Origin: Candidatus Eremiobacteria bacterium
Lineage (GTDB): Bacteria; Vulcanimicrobiota; Vulcanimicrobiia; Vulcanimicrobiales; Vulcanimicrobiaceae
Length of the DNA: 64,000 nt
NCBI GenBank assembly: GCA_963758295.1
Contig: CAVWUU010000001.1
Coordinates: 128,001-192,000, forward strand
Direction: 5' to 3'
Part shown: positions 47,713 to 58,700 of the stretch, in pieces
Layout: the number at the start of each line of letters is the position of its first letter
How positions within the stretch are numbered: the first letter of the stretch is position 1
The notes under the pieces: model-generated
Told to the model about the DNA's origin: nothing
Databases searched by the model: none
What the model saw: the letters and a program-made list of their open reading frames with translations, nothing else
Position numbers and translations under genes: made by a program

Positions 47713-50401
47713 GGCGCTTCCCCTTTGTGGAAACCTTGGCAACGGGCCGGCTAGGCACGGAGAGGGTTCGTTGCGCTACTCGCGGCTGCGGAGCGGCCGG
47801 AATGCGTGGCTTATCAACGTAGAGCAGACGCATCGGGGCATTTGGGCTTGAAAGCCAGCCAACGGCGGTTTGCGGCCATACTTGCGGCGGCCGAAACGCA
47901 AATCCCAAATCTTCTTCGGTCGTCGCTTGTATCGTGCGCGCCCAATCCCACGTCAAATATCCGAACGCACGATCCGAATCGAGATTGAACTGCGTCGCGT
48001 AAGCGCGGTCGTTCAGCACTCTTCCGATCAAATATGCCGTGAACGGGATCGGGTCGCCAAGCGGGCTGTCCGCGGTCTGCGGATTGATATTCGCCATATT
48101 GAGGCGATCGGTTTCCATAGGCGACGACGAGAGCTCGTACGCGCTTCGCGTGCGCGGATTCGCCGTCGGGTTCGTTCTGAAAAAGACGGCATCCGGAGTC
48201 GAGCCTTTCGGGAACGGACCGGGAACGACTGGCGGGCTGATGCGTGGGGCCCAGGTATCCTCGTCATCGACATTTACTTGATAGACCTGCTGTTCGGTAC
48301 GGTTTATCCCGTAGACGGGGGGCTTGGGCTCTGAACCGTCGGCAGCGAGCAGCGGTGTAATTTCGGGGTACGACCACGGACGTTTATAATCGCGCGTGTC
48401 GACACTATACGGCGGCATTTTCCCGGGTTGCGGTGTTTTGTTGGCGCTGTCGTAGAGCACCGCTTGATAGTACGGATAGGATGCGCCGCCGATGTCATGA
48501 GTTGGCGGCGGCACCGTGCGATCGAGATTTCCAAACGGATCGACGGCGTCGCCGAGAGCCTGCAAAAATGCATCGTCGACCGTTTTTCCGAGCGTCACGA
48601 GGGACTCGTCGATTTCGTTCGGCAGCATCAGCTCGCCGTCTGAATACTGCAGTTCGCCGTGCGGAACCACGAAACCAAGATGTGCGAGAATCTCGTGTGT
48701 TTTCGAGACGATGTCCCACACGAGCATCGATAATTCGTAGAGGGCCAGCCGGATTGGATAGCTGCCCGGACTGGCAAGCATCTTTATAAGATCACCGGCC
48801 AGCTTCAACGCAGCGTCGGCTTCTTTGTTGATCCAGTCATAAAGCGATTTCAGTGCATCGCATACGTCTTCAACGGGATCGGCGCTCGACGGTCCGCTGA
48901 AATCCGGCGGTGAGAGCAGATTTGTGACGTCGGAGCTCGGCGGAAAGATGACGACGTCCGGTGCGCGCGGCTTGGCCAGACTCCACGACGACACGTAGCT
49001 AAGACTGTAGAACGTGAGCATGAAGCGATAAAACGTTTGCACTTGCCACGGCAGCGGAAAGCCTTCGGGCACACCGATTGTGCTCGGCGGGGCAATGTCG
49101 TTGAGCAGTGTCGCAAAGGGCTGATCGAGGGCGTGTCCCGTTACCAGCTGAACGATCTGGGTCAAAAGACCGGCGTCGATCGTCTGCTGAAACGAATCAC
49201 CTTGATACACGCGGGGATGCGTGTAGGGCCGCCGTCCCGATTCGTCTTCCTTCGGCGTTTCATCGCCATAGGTGGCCTTCAGTGCTTCGACGATCGCTTC
49301 GGCCATCCACATCGGCATGTCGCCGTCGACGGTCTTCAGCATTGTCGAGGCGGCCGCCGGATCATCGGGGAGCGTGTCCGGGCGCTGATCGCCGTGCGGA
49401 TTATCGGAGGTCATCTGCACGCAGTACGCGATCACACCGTTGACGAGATCGGGATACGTGTCGGTAGCGCCCCAGGGGTCCTGCGGAATCGTTCCGCCGG
49501 CCGCGCTGTGACGATAATTCCATGCGTCGATGTGATTTTCGATCAAGTGATGGCGCTGCGGGTGATTGCGGAACGGTCCGCCGCACTGCTCGTTCACAAA
49601 TGAATGGCCGACCGTATCGAGTCCAACATGGGTCATCCATCCCAGGGCGAACGCCAGCATCTGCTCGAAATTATCGTTGCTCGTTGCCCGCAACGCTTCG
49701 GCCTGTGCGATCAGGTTCGTAACGATCGTCGTCGTGCGCCGGTAATGAAGTACGTCACCCCACAGAAACGACTGCTCATCCCAACCTTTGGATACGCACG
49801 TGTCGAATGCAGCGAAGATATCCGTGAACGTAAGCAATTCCAATTCACCGATGTTCACGATCGCATTTTTTAGTTGCGTGATGCCGTCGGCAAACGCGCT
49901 CACCACACCGCCCGTCAAATCATCGAGCGCGGAGTCCGCGGCGTCCACAAAGGGGCCAATGGTGCTAGCCCACACGCCGAGAAAGTCTTTCCAGATCTTT
50001 TCCAGCTCTAGCAAGAATCGCACAAGCGCGCCAAGCGTCGAGTTCACTTCATCTAAGATCAGCAGCATCGGCTCCCAATCTTGCTCTTCATTTGTTTTGT
50101 AGAAGTAGTACACCGCAAGTGCGAGCATGATGTTGTCGCTCGGCGGCACAACAGTGCCAAGCACTTTCGATGCGTAGTCCTGGGAAAAATAAAAGAGATC
50201 GGGCCCGATCGCTCCGATAGCAGTAAATTTTTCCCAGCGCTGCATGATCGTGCCGCAATATTGCGGCCCGTATGTGCCGATAGTGCCGGCGAATGCCGGA
50301 TTACCCTGTGCTGCAGGTCCGGTCCAATCAGGAACGTTACCGGCAGCGAGAAAATCCGCAACTCGTCGCGCCGTATAGATATGCGTAAAATGTGCAGGCA
50401 T
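47702..50401 (-). CDS. Large Zn-dependent phospholipase C/P1-nuclease-fold protein
   Basis: N-terminal AHFTH, GAIGPDLFY, LHY, GWMTHVGLDTVGHSFVN, HHLIENHID; GGAGG RBS. Confidence 0.78.
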   Translation of the reverse strand: MPAHFTHIYTARRVADFLAAGNVPDWTGPAAQGNPAFAGTIGTYGPQYCGTIMQRWEKFTAIGAIGPDLFYFSQDYASKVLGTVVPPSDNIMLALAVYYFYKTNEEQDWEPMLLILDEVNSTLGALVRFLLELEKIWKDFLGVWASTIGPFVDAADSALDDLTGGVVSAFADGITQLKNAIVNIGELELLTFTDIFAAFDTCVSKGWDEQSFLWGDVLHYRRTTTIVTNLIAQAEALRATSNDNFEQMLAFALGWMTHVGLDTVGHSFVNEQCGGPFRNHPQRHHLIENHIDAWNYRHSAAGGTIPQDPWGATDTYPDLVNGVIAYCVQMTSDNPHGDQRPDTLPDDPAAASTMLKTVDGDMPMWMAEAIVEALKATYGDETPKEDESGRRPYTHPRVYQGDSFQQTIDAGLLTQIVQLVTGHALDQPFATLLNDIAPPSTIGVPEGFPLPWQVQTFYRFMLTFYSLSYVSSWSLAKPRAPDVVIFPPSSDVTNLLSPPDFSGPSSADPVEDVCDALKSLYDWINKEADAALKLAGDLIKMLASPGSYPIRLALYELSMLVWDIVSKTHEILAHLGFVVPHGELQYSDGELMLPNEIDESLVTLGKTVDDAFLQALGDAVDPFGNLDRTVPPPTHDIGGASYPYYQAVLYDSANKTPQPGKMPPYSVDTRDYKRPWSYPEITPLLAADGSEPKPPVYGINRTEQQVYQVNVDDEDTWAPRISPPVVPGPFPKGSTPDAVFFRTNPTANPRTRSAYELSSSPMETDRLNMANINPQTADSPLGDPIPFTAYLIGRVLNDRAYATQFNLDSDRAFGYLTWDWARTIQATTEEDLGFAFRPPQVWPQTAVGWLSSPNAPMRLLYVDKPRIPAAPQPRVAQRTLSVPSRPVAKVSTKGKRRVR

Positions 50402-50575
50402 GTGAGCCTCCGGGCGAACGCTTTTACAGCATAGCGTGTTTACCGCGAGAAAGCTGACACGTTGGCCCGAAAGGGCCTATCTGCAAGCAGCACGAGTGAG
50501 CTTGCGCCCGTTCCGATTTAGAATTCTTTGATCGGCCTCAAGAAAACCGGAACTGCGCGAGTTTGTCTGAGGGCG

Positions 50576-50986
50576 TCACTGGTATATATGCTCGCCCAAC
50601 TGCACGTAGCCGCCGTCGTGGCGGCCGCGCGGGTCATGATGCGTCCAGTGGATCACGCCGCCCTCAGGCTCGTATTCATATTCGCCTTTAACGACGGCAT
50701 TTTCACCGGCGCGCATCGGGACCGGCCCCGTAAGATCGACGTTCGTTTCCACGCGAACCAGCAAATCGCAGCCGCCGGCAAGGCGTAACAGAAAGCCTTC
50801 GTGATTTCCGCTTGGGCCTCTGCGCGTTCCCAGCACGTCGGCGATCGTGCCGGAAGCTACGACTTCCGCCCGCGATTGCTGCGCGCCGTAAATGCGGCAG
50901 ACGTTGGCGTTGTCCGGCGGCTGTTTCGCGGCCGAACAGCCGGCGAGCATCGCCGCGGCAATGAGAGGGACGAGCGCTCTATGCAT
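50576..50986 (-). CDS. DUF3465-like lipoprotein
   Basis: MLAG-C lipobox; KGEYEY...GGVIHWTHHDP.GRH.GG. Confidence 0.8.
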   Translation of the reverse strand: MHRALVPLIAAAMLAGCSAAKQPPDNANVCRIYGAQQSRAEVVASGTIADVLGTRRGPSGNHEGFLLRLAGGCDLLVRVETNVDLTGPVPMRAGENAVVKGEYEYEPEGGVIHWTHHDPRGRHDGGYVQLGEHIYQ

Positions 50987-51587
50987 GCGCCGTCCCGTAC
51001 AGCTTCTGAGCCACGATATACTGCCAGACCGGCTCGGGCACCAGGTAGCGCACGCTGCGCTCTTGTGCGAGGAGCGTTCGAACCATCGTGGCGGACTCGG
51101 GAAGCTCCGGCATGTTGAGCGTCGCAATGCGTTCGCGCAAATGTTTGGGAATCGCATCGAGAATGCGCTGCAGAGCGTCGGAACGGACGCCGGGACGCGG
51201 CGCAATCACGAAGCGTTCGAGGTTTTCGAGGACCTGGTCGAAGCGCTGCCACGTCGTGTTCGCGAGCGAATCGGCGCCGATGATGAACGTGAATTTCGCA
51301 TCGGGATACTTCGCGTGCAAACCCGGGAGCAAGTCGGCGGTGTAGCCCGTCGCGTCCGGGCGCAGATCGGTGTCGTCGAGTTTGAAGCGCGGATTGCTCG
51401 CGATGGCGCCGAGGACCATGGCGCACCGGTGGTCCGCACTAGCTTGCGCCTGCGCGCGATGCTGCTGGTTGTTGGTGGGAACGAAGAGCACGCGGTCGAG
51501 GTTTTCGAGTAAGCGCGCTTGTTCGGCTACGAAGAGATGCCCGTTGTGGATCGGGTCGAACGTTCCGCCGAAGATACCAAGTCTCAT
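50979..51587 (-). CDS. nadD: Nicotinate-nucleotide adenylyltransferase
   Basis: GIFGGTFDPIHNGHL, FIIGADS, SATMVR, YLVP. Confidence 0.96.
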   Translation of the reverse strand: MRLGIFGGTFDPIHNGHLFVAEQARLLENLDRVLFVPTNNQQHRAQAQASADHRCAMVLGAIASNPRFKLDDTDLRPDATGYTADLLPGLHAKYPDAKFTFIIGADSLANTTWQRFDQVLENLERFVIAPRPGVRSDALQRILDAIPKHLRERIATLNMPELPESATMVRTLLAQERSVRYLVPEPVWQYIVAQKLYGTAHA

Positions 51588-52849
51588 GAGTACGTGAATT
51601 CGTACTGCCCGATCCTAACGGTATCCCCTTCGGCTGCGCCGAGCTCGCGGAGTTTTTTCTCGACGCCCATCTTTGCAAGCACGCGTTCGAAACGTGCAAG
51701 GGCCTCGTCGGAATCGAAATTCGTCATCGCCGCAAGACGTTCGACACGGTCGCCCGAAATCACAAAAGTGCCGTCGCGCTGGCGTTCGATCGCGAAGGCG
51801 TTATGCGGAACCAGTTCGATGTGCGCGGGCGGCGGCGTAACGATTTCCGGCATGGGTGCCTGTTCGATCGTTTGCCACAGCGCGTACACGAGGTCGCGCA
51901 CGCCATCGTTGGTTGCGGAACTTATGCCGCGCGCGTCGGGAAACTCTTGTTGCAACTCGCGCAAGCGCTCTTGTGCATCCGGCAGATCGAGCTTGCTCAC
52001 CACGAGCAGCGTCGGCTTTTCGACAAGTTTCGCGTTCCAGGCGGCGAGTTCACGTTCGATCGTCGCTTTGTCGGCAAGCATTTCGTCCAGCGGTTTGGCG
52101 CCGTCGAGTAAATGCACTAGCGCTCGCGTACGCTCGACGTGTTTCAAAAATTGATCGCCGAGGCCCGCGCCTTCGTGCGCGCCTTCGATAAGGCCCGGAA
52201 CGTCGACCATGAAGAACGAGTTTTCATCTGAAACGCGCACCACGCCGAGTTGCGGCTCGATCGTCGTGAACGGATAGTCCGCGATCTTCGGGCGCGCCGC
52301 GGAAACGACGGAGAGCAGCGTCGATTTGCCGGCGTTCGGAACGCCGATAATTCCGGCATCCGCGAGCAATCGGAGTTCGAGACGCAGCGACGCCTTTTCG
52401 CCGGGCTCGCCGTTGTACGCGATACGCGGCGCTTGACGGGTGCTCGTGGCAAAATGCTGGTTGCCCAAGCCCCCGCGGCCCCCTTTAGCGACTTGCACGC
52501 GATCGCCCGCGTGAGCGAGGTCGGCGAGAAACGCTTCGTTCTTGCCTTCGGGCGTGCGATAAACGATCGTGCCGACGGGCACGAAGATCGTCAGGTCTTC
52601 ACCACTCCGGCCCGATTTGTTTGAAGTGCCGCCCGCATTCCCGGCCTCGGCGCTGAACGCGCGCTTGTAGCGGAATTCGACGAGCGTCGAAAGGTCGCTG
52701 GTGGCCTCCATAAAGATGGTGCCGCCGTGCCCGCCGTCGCCGCCGGCCGGCCCGCCCTTGGGAACGTATTTCTCACGACGCCATGCGACAATGCCGTCGC
52801 CGCCGTTGCCGGCCGCCACCGTGACCGTTGCTTCATCGATAAATTTCAT
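51584..52849 (-). CDS. obgE: GTPase ObgE/CgtA with C-terminal OCT domain
   Basis: GNGGDG...REKYVPKGGPAGGDGG, GVPNAGKST, YPFTT, DVPGLIEGA, GAAEGDTVRIG. Confidence 0.97.
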   Translation of the reverse strand: MKFIDEATVTVAAGNGGDGIVAWRREKYVPKGGPAGGDGGHGGTIFMEATSDLSTLVEFRYKRAFSAEAGNAGGTSNKSGRSGEDLTIFVPVGTIVYRTPEGKNEAFLADLAHAGDRVQVAKGGRGGLGNQHFATSTRQAPRIAYNGEPGEKASLRLELRLLADAGIIGVPNAGKSTLLSVVSAARPKIADYPFTTIEPQLGVVRVSDENSFFMVDVPGLIEGAHEGAGLGDQFLKHVERTRALVHLLDGAKPLDEMLADKATIERELAAWNAKLVEKPTLLVVSKLDLPDAQERLRELQQEFPDARGISSATNDGVRDLVYALWQTIEQAPMPEIVTPPPAHIELVPHNAFAIERQRDGTFVISGDRVERLAAMTNFDSDEALARFERVLAKMGVEKKLRELGAAEGDTVRIGQYEFTYS

Positions 52850-52907
52850 GGCGTAGAAAAGGAAAAAGGCCCCTTTGGGGCCCTCTCCCGTTATCCTTCG
52901 TGACGAA

Positions 52908-53192
52908 CTAAGCGGCGGTCAACGGGCGAATGTTGATTTGCTGCTTGTTGCGGCGGGCGCTGAACTCGACCGTGCCTTCGACCAACGCAAAGAGCGTGTG
53001 GTCTTTGCCCATACCGACGTTCTCACCGGGGTAGAACTTGGTGCCGCGTTGGCGAACCAGAATGTTGCCCGCGAGCACGCGCTCACCGCCGTAACGCTTG
53101 ACGCCGAGGCGTTGAGCGTTGGAGTCGCGGCCGTTACGGGTTGAACCGGCGCCCTTCTTGGACGCGAACAGTTGCAGATCGAACTGGAACAT
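52908..53192 (-). CDS. rpmA: 50S ribosomal protein L27, long form with N-terminal extension
   Basis: [32 protein letters not shown]...ILVRQRGT. Confidence 0.97.
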   Translation of the reverse strand: MFQFDLQLFASKKGAGSTRNGRDSNAQRLGVKRYGGERVLAGNILVRQRGTKFYPGENVGMGKDHTLFALVEGTVEFSARRNKQQINIRPLTAA

Positions 53193-53201
53193 AGCCGCGT
53201 G

Positions 53202-53230
53202 AGTATAGCAAAGGCCTCCGGCCCACGCAA
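53202..53230 (-). promoter_or_regulatory. Sigma70-type promoter for rpmA
   Basis: TTGCGT-17bp-TATACT, 9 nt before the ATG. Confidence 0.65.
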
Positions 53231-53241
53231 GGCCTTCGCCG

Positions 53242-53682
53242 TCAGCTGTGGACGGGGTGCGGAATGGCTCCCGGACCCGCTCCCTGCGGCACTCGGCGGC
53301 TGGGCGAAAGGTTCGGCGGAAGCCCTGGATGCCGATGCGTGGGCACGACATCGGAGACGTTGCCCGAGCCGTGCCGCCGACGATGCCCGCCGCTGGACCC
53401 GCATGGATTACCGCGGCGGGACCGCTGATTCGAGCCGAAATTGAAGCCGTACGGGGTTGGATTTTGATTGAGGTTGACGCCCCCCGAGCGGCGGCCGCCG
53501 GCGTTCGTACACGGATAGCCGACGTAATCGATGGTCACGGCAGGCGGGTCGACGCTTCGCGCGGGACGGGGCGAGGGACCCGAAGTCAAAGTCCAAAAGG
53601 TCTGCTCGGCTTGGGCGGGCGCCACGAGAGCCGCCAGCAGCAGAACGGTTAGTACCCCGAGGACCGGGCGAAGATGCCTCAT
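53242..53682 (-). CDS. Hypothetical secreted Pro/Gly-rich protein
   Basis: [25 protein letters not shown] signal peptide. Confidence 0.55.
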   Translation of the reverse strand: MRHLRPVLGVLTVLLLAALVAPAQAEQTFWTLTSGPSPRPARSVDPPAVTIDYVGYPCTNAGGRRSGGVNLNQNPTPYGFNFGSNQRSRRGNPCGSSGGHRRRHGSGNVSDVVPTHRHPGLPPNLSPSRRVPQGAGPGAIPHPVHS

Positions 53683-53740
53683 GCCTTCAAGTTTACCACC
53701 GAAAGGGGCAAAACTTCGCCCGCCGTAACAGGGTGGAGTT

Positions 53741-54985
53741 TTGGATAAGAGACGTGTAGCAATCACCGGCCTTGGTGCCGTTACGCCCCTTGGGAACTCG
53801 GTAGGCGAATTCTGGCGGCGCCTGGCGGCCGGCGAGTCGGGCATTGGACCCATCACGGCATTCGACGCAAGCGATTTCACGACGCGGTTCGCAGGCGAGG
53901 TCAAAGACTTCGATCCCGACGCGCTGGTTGGTAAGAAGGAAGCGCGCCGCATGGACCGCTTCTCCCAGTTCGCGCTTGTCGCGGCGCGGGAAGCGATCGA
54001 AGATGCGAACTTCCCAACCGATCAAGCCTTCAAAGACCGGGTCGGCGGCGTGATCGGCACGGGAATCGGCGGCATCCTGACCTTTTGGAACGAGTCGAAC
54101 AAAGCCGCGCAAAACGGCACCTGGGCGAAAACATCGCCGTTCTTCATTCCAATGCTGATGGCCAATGCCGCACCGGCGCACGTTTCGATGGCTTACGGCT
54201 TCCGCGGCCCCTTCTTTGCGACGGCTAGTGCATGCGCAAGCGCCAACGATGCAATCGTCACCGCGTATAACACGGTCGCGTACGGTGATGCGATTGCCAT
54301 GATCACGGGCGGAACCGAAGCCTGCATCTCGCCGCTCGCGGTCGGCGGATTCTGCTCCATGAAAGCGATGTCGACGCGTAACGACGATCCGGCGAAGGCG
54401 AGCCGCCCGTTCGATAAAGAACGCGACGGATTCGTGTTGGGCGAAGGTTGCGGCATCCTGGTGTTCGAGGAATACGAGCATGCCAAAGCGCGCGGCGCAA
54501 AAATCTATGCCGAAGTATTGGGTTACGGCCAGTCGGCGGACGCGTATAACATCGTCGCACCCGATCCGGAAAGCAGCGGCGTCATCCTTGCGCTGCAGCG
54601 GGCGCTCGAGTCGACGAAAATTGCGCCCGGCGACGTGCAGTATATCAACGCCCACGGAACGTCGACGCCGCTCGGCGATACGGCGGAATCCCAGGCGATT
54701 CAAACCGTGTTCGGCAACGACACGAAAGTCGCGGTGAGTTCCACGAAATCGATGCACGGCCATACCCTCGGTGCCGCCGGCGGATTGGAAGGCGTTGCTA
54801 CCGTTCTATCGGTTGCCAACGACCTGCTGCCACCGACGATCAACTACGAAGTGCCGGATCCCGATTGCACCCTCGATTACGTTCCGAACGTTGCCCGCAA
54901 AGCAACGGTCGACGTGGCGTTTTCGAACTCGTTCGGGTTCGGCGGCCACAACAGTGTTATCGTGTTCGGAAAAGCGCGAAGCTAA
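53741..54985 (+). CDS. fabF: Beta-ketoacyl-ACP synthase II
   Basis: RVAITGLGAVTPLG, SACAS, RPFDKERDGFVLGEG, INAHGTST, STKSMHGH, NSFGFGGHN. Confidence 0.97.
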   Translation: MDKRRVAITGLGAVTPLGNSVGEFWRRLAAGESGIGPITAFDASDFTTRFAGEVKDFDPDALVGKKEARRMDRFSQFALVAAREAIEDANFPTDQAFKDRVGGVIGTGIGGILTFWNESNKAAQNGTWAKTSPFFIPMLMANAAPAHVSMAYGFRGPFFATASACASANDAIVTAYNTVAYGDAIAMITGGTEACISPLAVGGFCSMKAMSTRNDDPAKASRPFDKERDGFVLGEGCGILVFEEYEHAKARGAKIYAEVLGYGQSADAYNIVAPDPESSGVILALQRALESTKIAPGDVQYINAHGTSTPLGDTAESQAIQTVFGNDTKVAVSSTKSMHGHTLGAAGGLEGVATVLSVANDLLPPTINYEVPDPDCTLDYVPNVARKATVDVAFSNSFGFGGHNSVIVFGKARS

Positions 54986-54989
54986 AGCC

Positions 54990-55703
54990 ATGAGCGGGGA
55001 AGCGCACCGGCGGCGCCTTCGCGCGCTGCTTAATGGTGCGAGCGTTCGCGTTGCGGGCGATCTCGAGATCCTCGAGCAGGCCTTCGTGCACGAAAGCTTT
55101 GCGAAGGAACAGGGTGGCCAGTCCAACGAGCGCATGGAGTTTCTCGGCGACTCGGTGCTGGGCGCCATCACTGCGCACTGGCTGTTCCAGCATTTTGCGG
55201 ACGAGCCCGAAGGCCGGTTAACGGTACGCAAAGCGGCGATCGTCAACGACGCACAGCTCGCGCAAAGCGCCCGCCGGCTCGGGTTTTCGGAGTTGGTCAA
55301 GCTCGGCGCCGGAATGCGCAATGCGGGCGGCTCCGACAACACGTCGATTCTCGCCGACGCGTTCGAAGCGTTCGTCGCAGCTCTCTTTCTGCGTTACGGC
55401 ATGGAAAAAGCGCGCGCATTCGTCGTAACGCAGCACATCGAGCGCCTCGACCACGCACCGGACGCATTGCTCGACGCGAAGACGCGCCTGCAGCATTACA
55501 CGCAGGAACACCTTTTCGTCACGCCCACGTACCGGGAGAACAGCGAGGGCACGCCACAGGCGCCGCGTTTCCGTTCTACGGTATTAGTTAACGAAAAGAC
55601 GTTGGGAACCGGGACGGGTTCCTCGAAGAAGGCAGCACAACAGGCCGCCGCCGAGGCGGCCTTAGCATCGCTCGAAGGTGAGCGCAGCGAAGGGACCACG
55701 TGA
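54990..55703 (+). CDS. rnc: Ribonuclease III
   Basis: [19 protein letters not shown], dsRBD (KTRLQ...[14 protein letters not shown]). Confidence 0.95.
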   Translation: MSGEAHRRRLRALLNGASVRVAGDLEILEQAFVHESFAKEQGGQSNERMEFLGDSVLGAITAHWLFQHFADEPEGRLTVRKAAIVNDAQLAQSARRLGFSELVKLGAGMRNAGGSDNTSILADAFEAFVAALFLRYGMEKARAFVVTQHIERLDHAPDALLDAKTRLQHYTQEHLFVTPTYRENSEGTPQAPRFRSTVLVNEKTLGTGTGSSKKAAQQAAAEAALASLEGERSEGTT

Positions 55704-58700
55704 AACTCAAGAAGATCAAAGCTTTCGGCTTTAAGACTTTTGCCGAACCGACTACGCTCGATTTTTCGGGTGGTATCACCGCGATCGTCGGGCCGAACGG
55801 TTCGGGCAAATCGAATATGGTCGATGCCTTTCGCTGGGTGCTGGGCGAGACGTCCAGCAAAAGCTTGCGCTCGGGCAAATTAGAAGACGTTATTTTCGCC
55901 GGCAACGATAAACGTAAGCCGCTCGGTCTCGCGGAAGTCTCCATGACTTTCGACAATGCCGATCGCAAACTCGCGACGGACTACAGCGAAGTCGAGATCA
56001 CGCGCCGCACGTACCGCGCCGGCGAAAGTGAGTACTTCATCAACCGCAACCAGGTTCGTTTGCGCGACATCGTCGAGCTGCTTGATGGGCACCGGGCTTG
56101 GGCCGGGCTCGTACTCGATCGTCTCCCAGGGACAGATCGACTCGATCCTTACGAGCAAACCCACCGAACGCCGCGCCCTCTTCGAAGAAACGGCCGGCAT
56201 CAACAAGTTCCTGGCGCGCAAGAACGAGTCGATGCGCCGCCTGGAGCAAACCGAGCAAAACGCGATCCGCATCAACGATTTGATCGCGGAGCTCGAGCGC
56301 CGCATTCCCGAGCTGGAAACGCAAGTGCGCCGGGCCAAGCGGTATCGCAAGGTGAGCGCCCGCGTTCGCGATCTCGAGATTCTGTCGTACATGCGCGCGA
56401 GCGAGTCGCGCCGTATGGAGCGCGAAACGCTGCGCGCGGAACTCGAGAAGAACGAAGAGCTGCGCACGGGCGCGTCCGCGAAAGCGGCACAGCTCGGTGC
56501 CAACCTTGCGGAACTGCGCACGCGCGCCTACCAGCAAGAACTGCAGTTGGAAGAGCTGCGCTCGGAAACGCAAGGGAAGCGGGCCGAATTAGCGCGCCTC
56601 GAAGCGGACTACGCCGCTGCGCTCGCGCGCCGCGAAACGCTCGAACGGCAGTCGACGCAGACCTCCGAAGACGCGGCGCGGGTCGAAGCCGAACGCGAAG
56701 AGCTCGCCGCAACGATCGCGTCGCTCGAAGAGCAGCTGGCGCCCCTCGCCGGCGAACTCGAAGGCGCGCGCGAGAAAGAACTTGCGGCGCAGACGGCGCT
56801 TGCGCAAGCGCGCAAACAGCTCGACGAGATCTTCACGCAATTGCGCGAAGTTGAATCGTCGGCCGCGGAACTTGCCGCCCGGAAAGCCGAGCGCCGCGTT
56901 CAGGGCGAAAACCTGCGCGCCGAAGCCGAACGTCTCGACCAAGAAGCGCACGCCGCGCGCGAGCGCGTCGCCCAAGCGGAAATCGCTACCGGAACCGCAA
57001 CGCAGAATTATGCCCAGCGCGAATCGCAGTTGGCGTCGCTAGAAGAACAGCAGATGGAAGCGCGTACGCGTGCCGAGCAGGCCGAACGCGCCGTTACGCA
57101 AGCGCAGGAAGATTTGGCCCGCGCCGTTCGTCAGCATCGCGAACATACCGGCGAAGTAAAAGCCGCCGAATCGCGCCTGCATACGATCGAAGAACTCGAA
57201 GCATCTCTCGAAGGGCACGTACCCGGCACGAGGGCGGTCGTGGAAGCGGTGCAGCGCGGCGAACTGCGTGGCATCGAAGGCATCGTTTCTAACCTCATCA
57301 CCACCGACGAACGGTATGCCCGCGCCATGGACGTTGCCTTCGGCGCGCGCCTTTCGAACATCGTCACTTCGCGCTCGGAAGACGCCGAACGCGCGATCGA
57401 ATTTTTGAACCGCAGCGAACAGGGTCGCGCGACGTTCTTACCGCTCGACACGCTCGCGAACCGCGAAGCGCGTCAAATGACGGCCGAATTGCATCGCACG
57501 CACGGCGTGATTGGTTACGCGCACTCGCTCATCCGCACCGAGCCGAAGTACGAGGGCGTCGTTCGGTTCCTCGTCGGCAACGTGCTCGTAGTCGATACGT
57601 TGCAGACCGGCATTCATCTCGTGCGCGAGCGGGGGTTCCGCGATACGATTGTTACGCTTACGGGCGAGCAGATCGCCGGCGGCGGAGCAATCACGGGCGG
57701 ACGCTTCCGTCGCGAGAAATCGATCCTTTCGCGTCGCGTGCAAGCTGAAACGCTGCGCGAAGCGCTGGCTGAAATGCGCGCGAACCTCGATCGCTTCGAG
57801 CGCGAGGCGCAGCAGGCAACGCAACGCTCGGAGCAGGCGACGTCCGAGCGCAGCGCCGCACGCGATGCGCTAGCGAAACTCGAGCTTCAAATGGCCGAAG
57901 TTCGCACGGAAATGGCCGCGGTTTCGGCTGAGCTCGAACGCATGCAAGGCGTAATGCTAACCGCCCACGCGCAAGTCGAAGAGCTCGCGGCGCGCGCGGT
58001 CGAGGCTCGCGAGCGCGAACACACGCTCGAAGGCGACGAACCCGACCAGGTTCACAGTCAAGAAGAACGCCGGCGTCTCGAAGCGGAGCTCGCAAAGGCG
58101 CGCGAAGAAATCGCGCACGCTGAGGCATCACAGGCAGAAGTCGCGCGCCGCGCGGCGGATCTGCGCGAACGGACGGCTGCGCTTACGGCGCAACGCGACG
58201 CTGCTACCGGCCGTCTCGGCATGCTGGATCAAAACAGCGAACGCGCGCAACACGCGCGCGAGCAGATGCTTGCGGAGATCGGGCGGCTCGTGGAGCAGAC
58301 ACGAACGGCTCACGCGCATATCGAAGGCTTGCGCGCGGGCGTGAGCGATCTCGATGCGAAACTCGACGTCGCCCGCCGCCAACGCGAAGCGATGGCCAAC
58401 GATCAGCTCGAGATCGAATCGTCGCTTCGCAGCGCCGAGAACGACGAACGCGAAGCGGCGGCAGGCGGCGAACGCCACCGTACGCGTCTTGCGGAAATCG
58501 AAGCCGAGCTTGGCATGCTGGTTTCGCAGTTCGCGCAGAATCCCGCTACCGACGAAGAACTGCGCGACGTCGAAGAACGGTACAAAGAAGAGTCGGACCA
58601 GGTAGCCGACGAGTTGCCGCGTCTGCGTGAAGAACTCGCGCGTCTCTCGGCTAACGTCAACCTCAATGCCGAATCGGAGCGTGAAGAACTCGGCGAACGC

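Noticed and set aside
55700..56854. Separate 384-aa protein or programmed frameshift in smc
   Set aside because: Sequence after codon ~128 is out-of-frame junk; no slippery site is visible.
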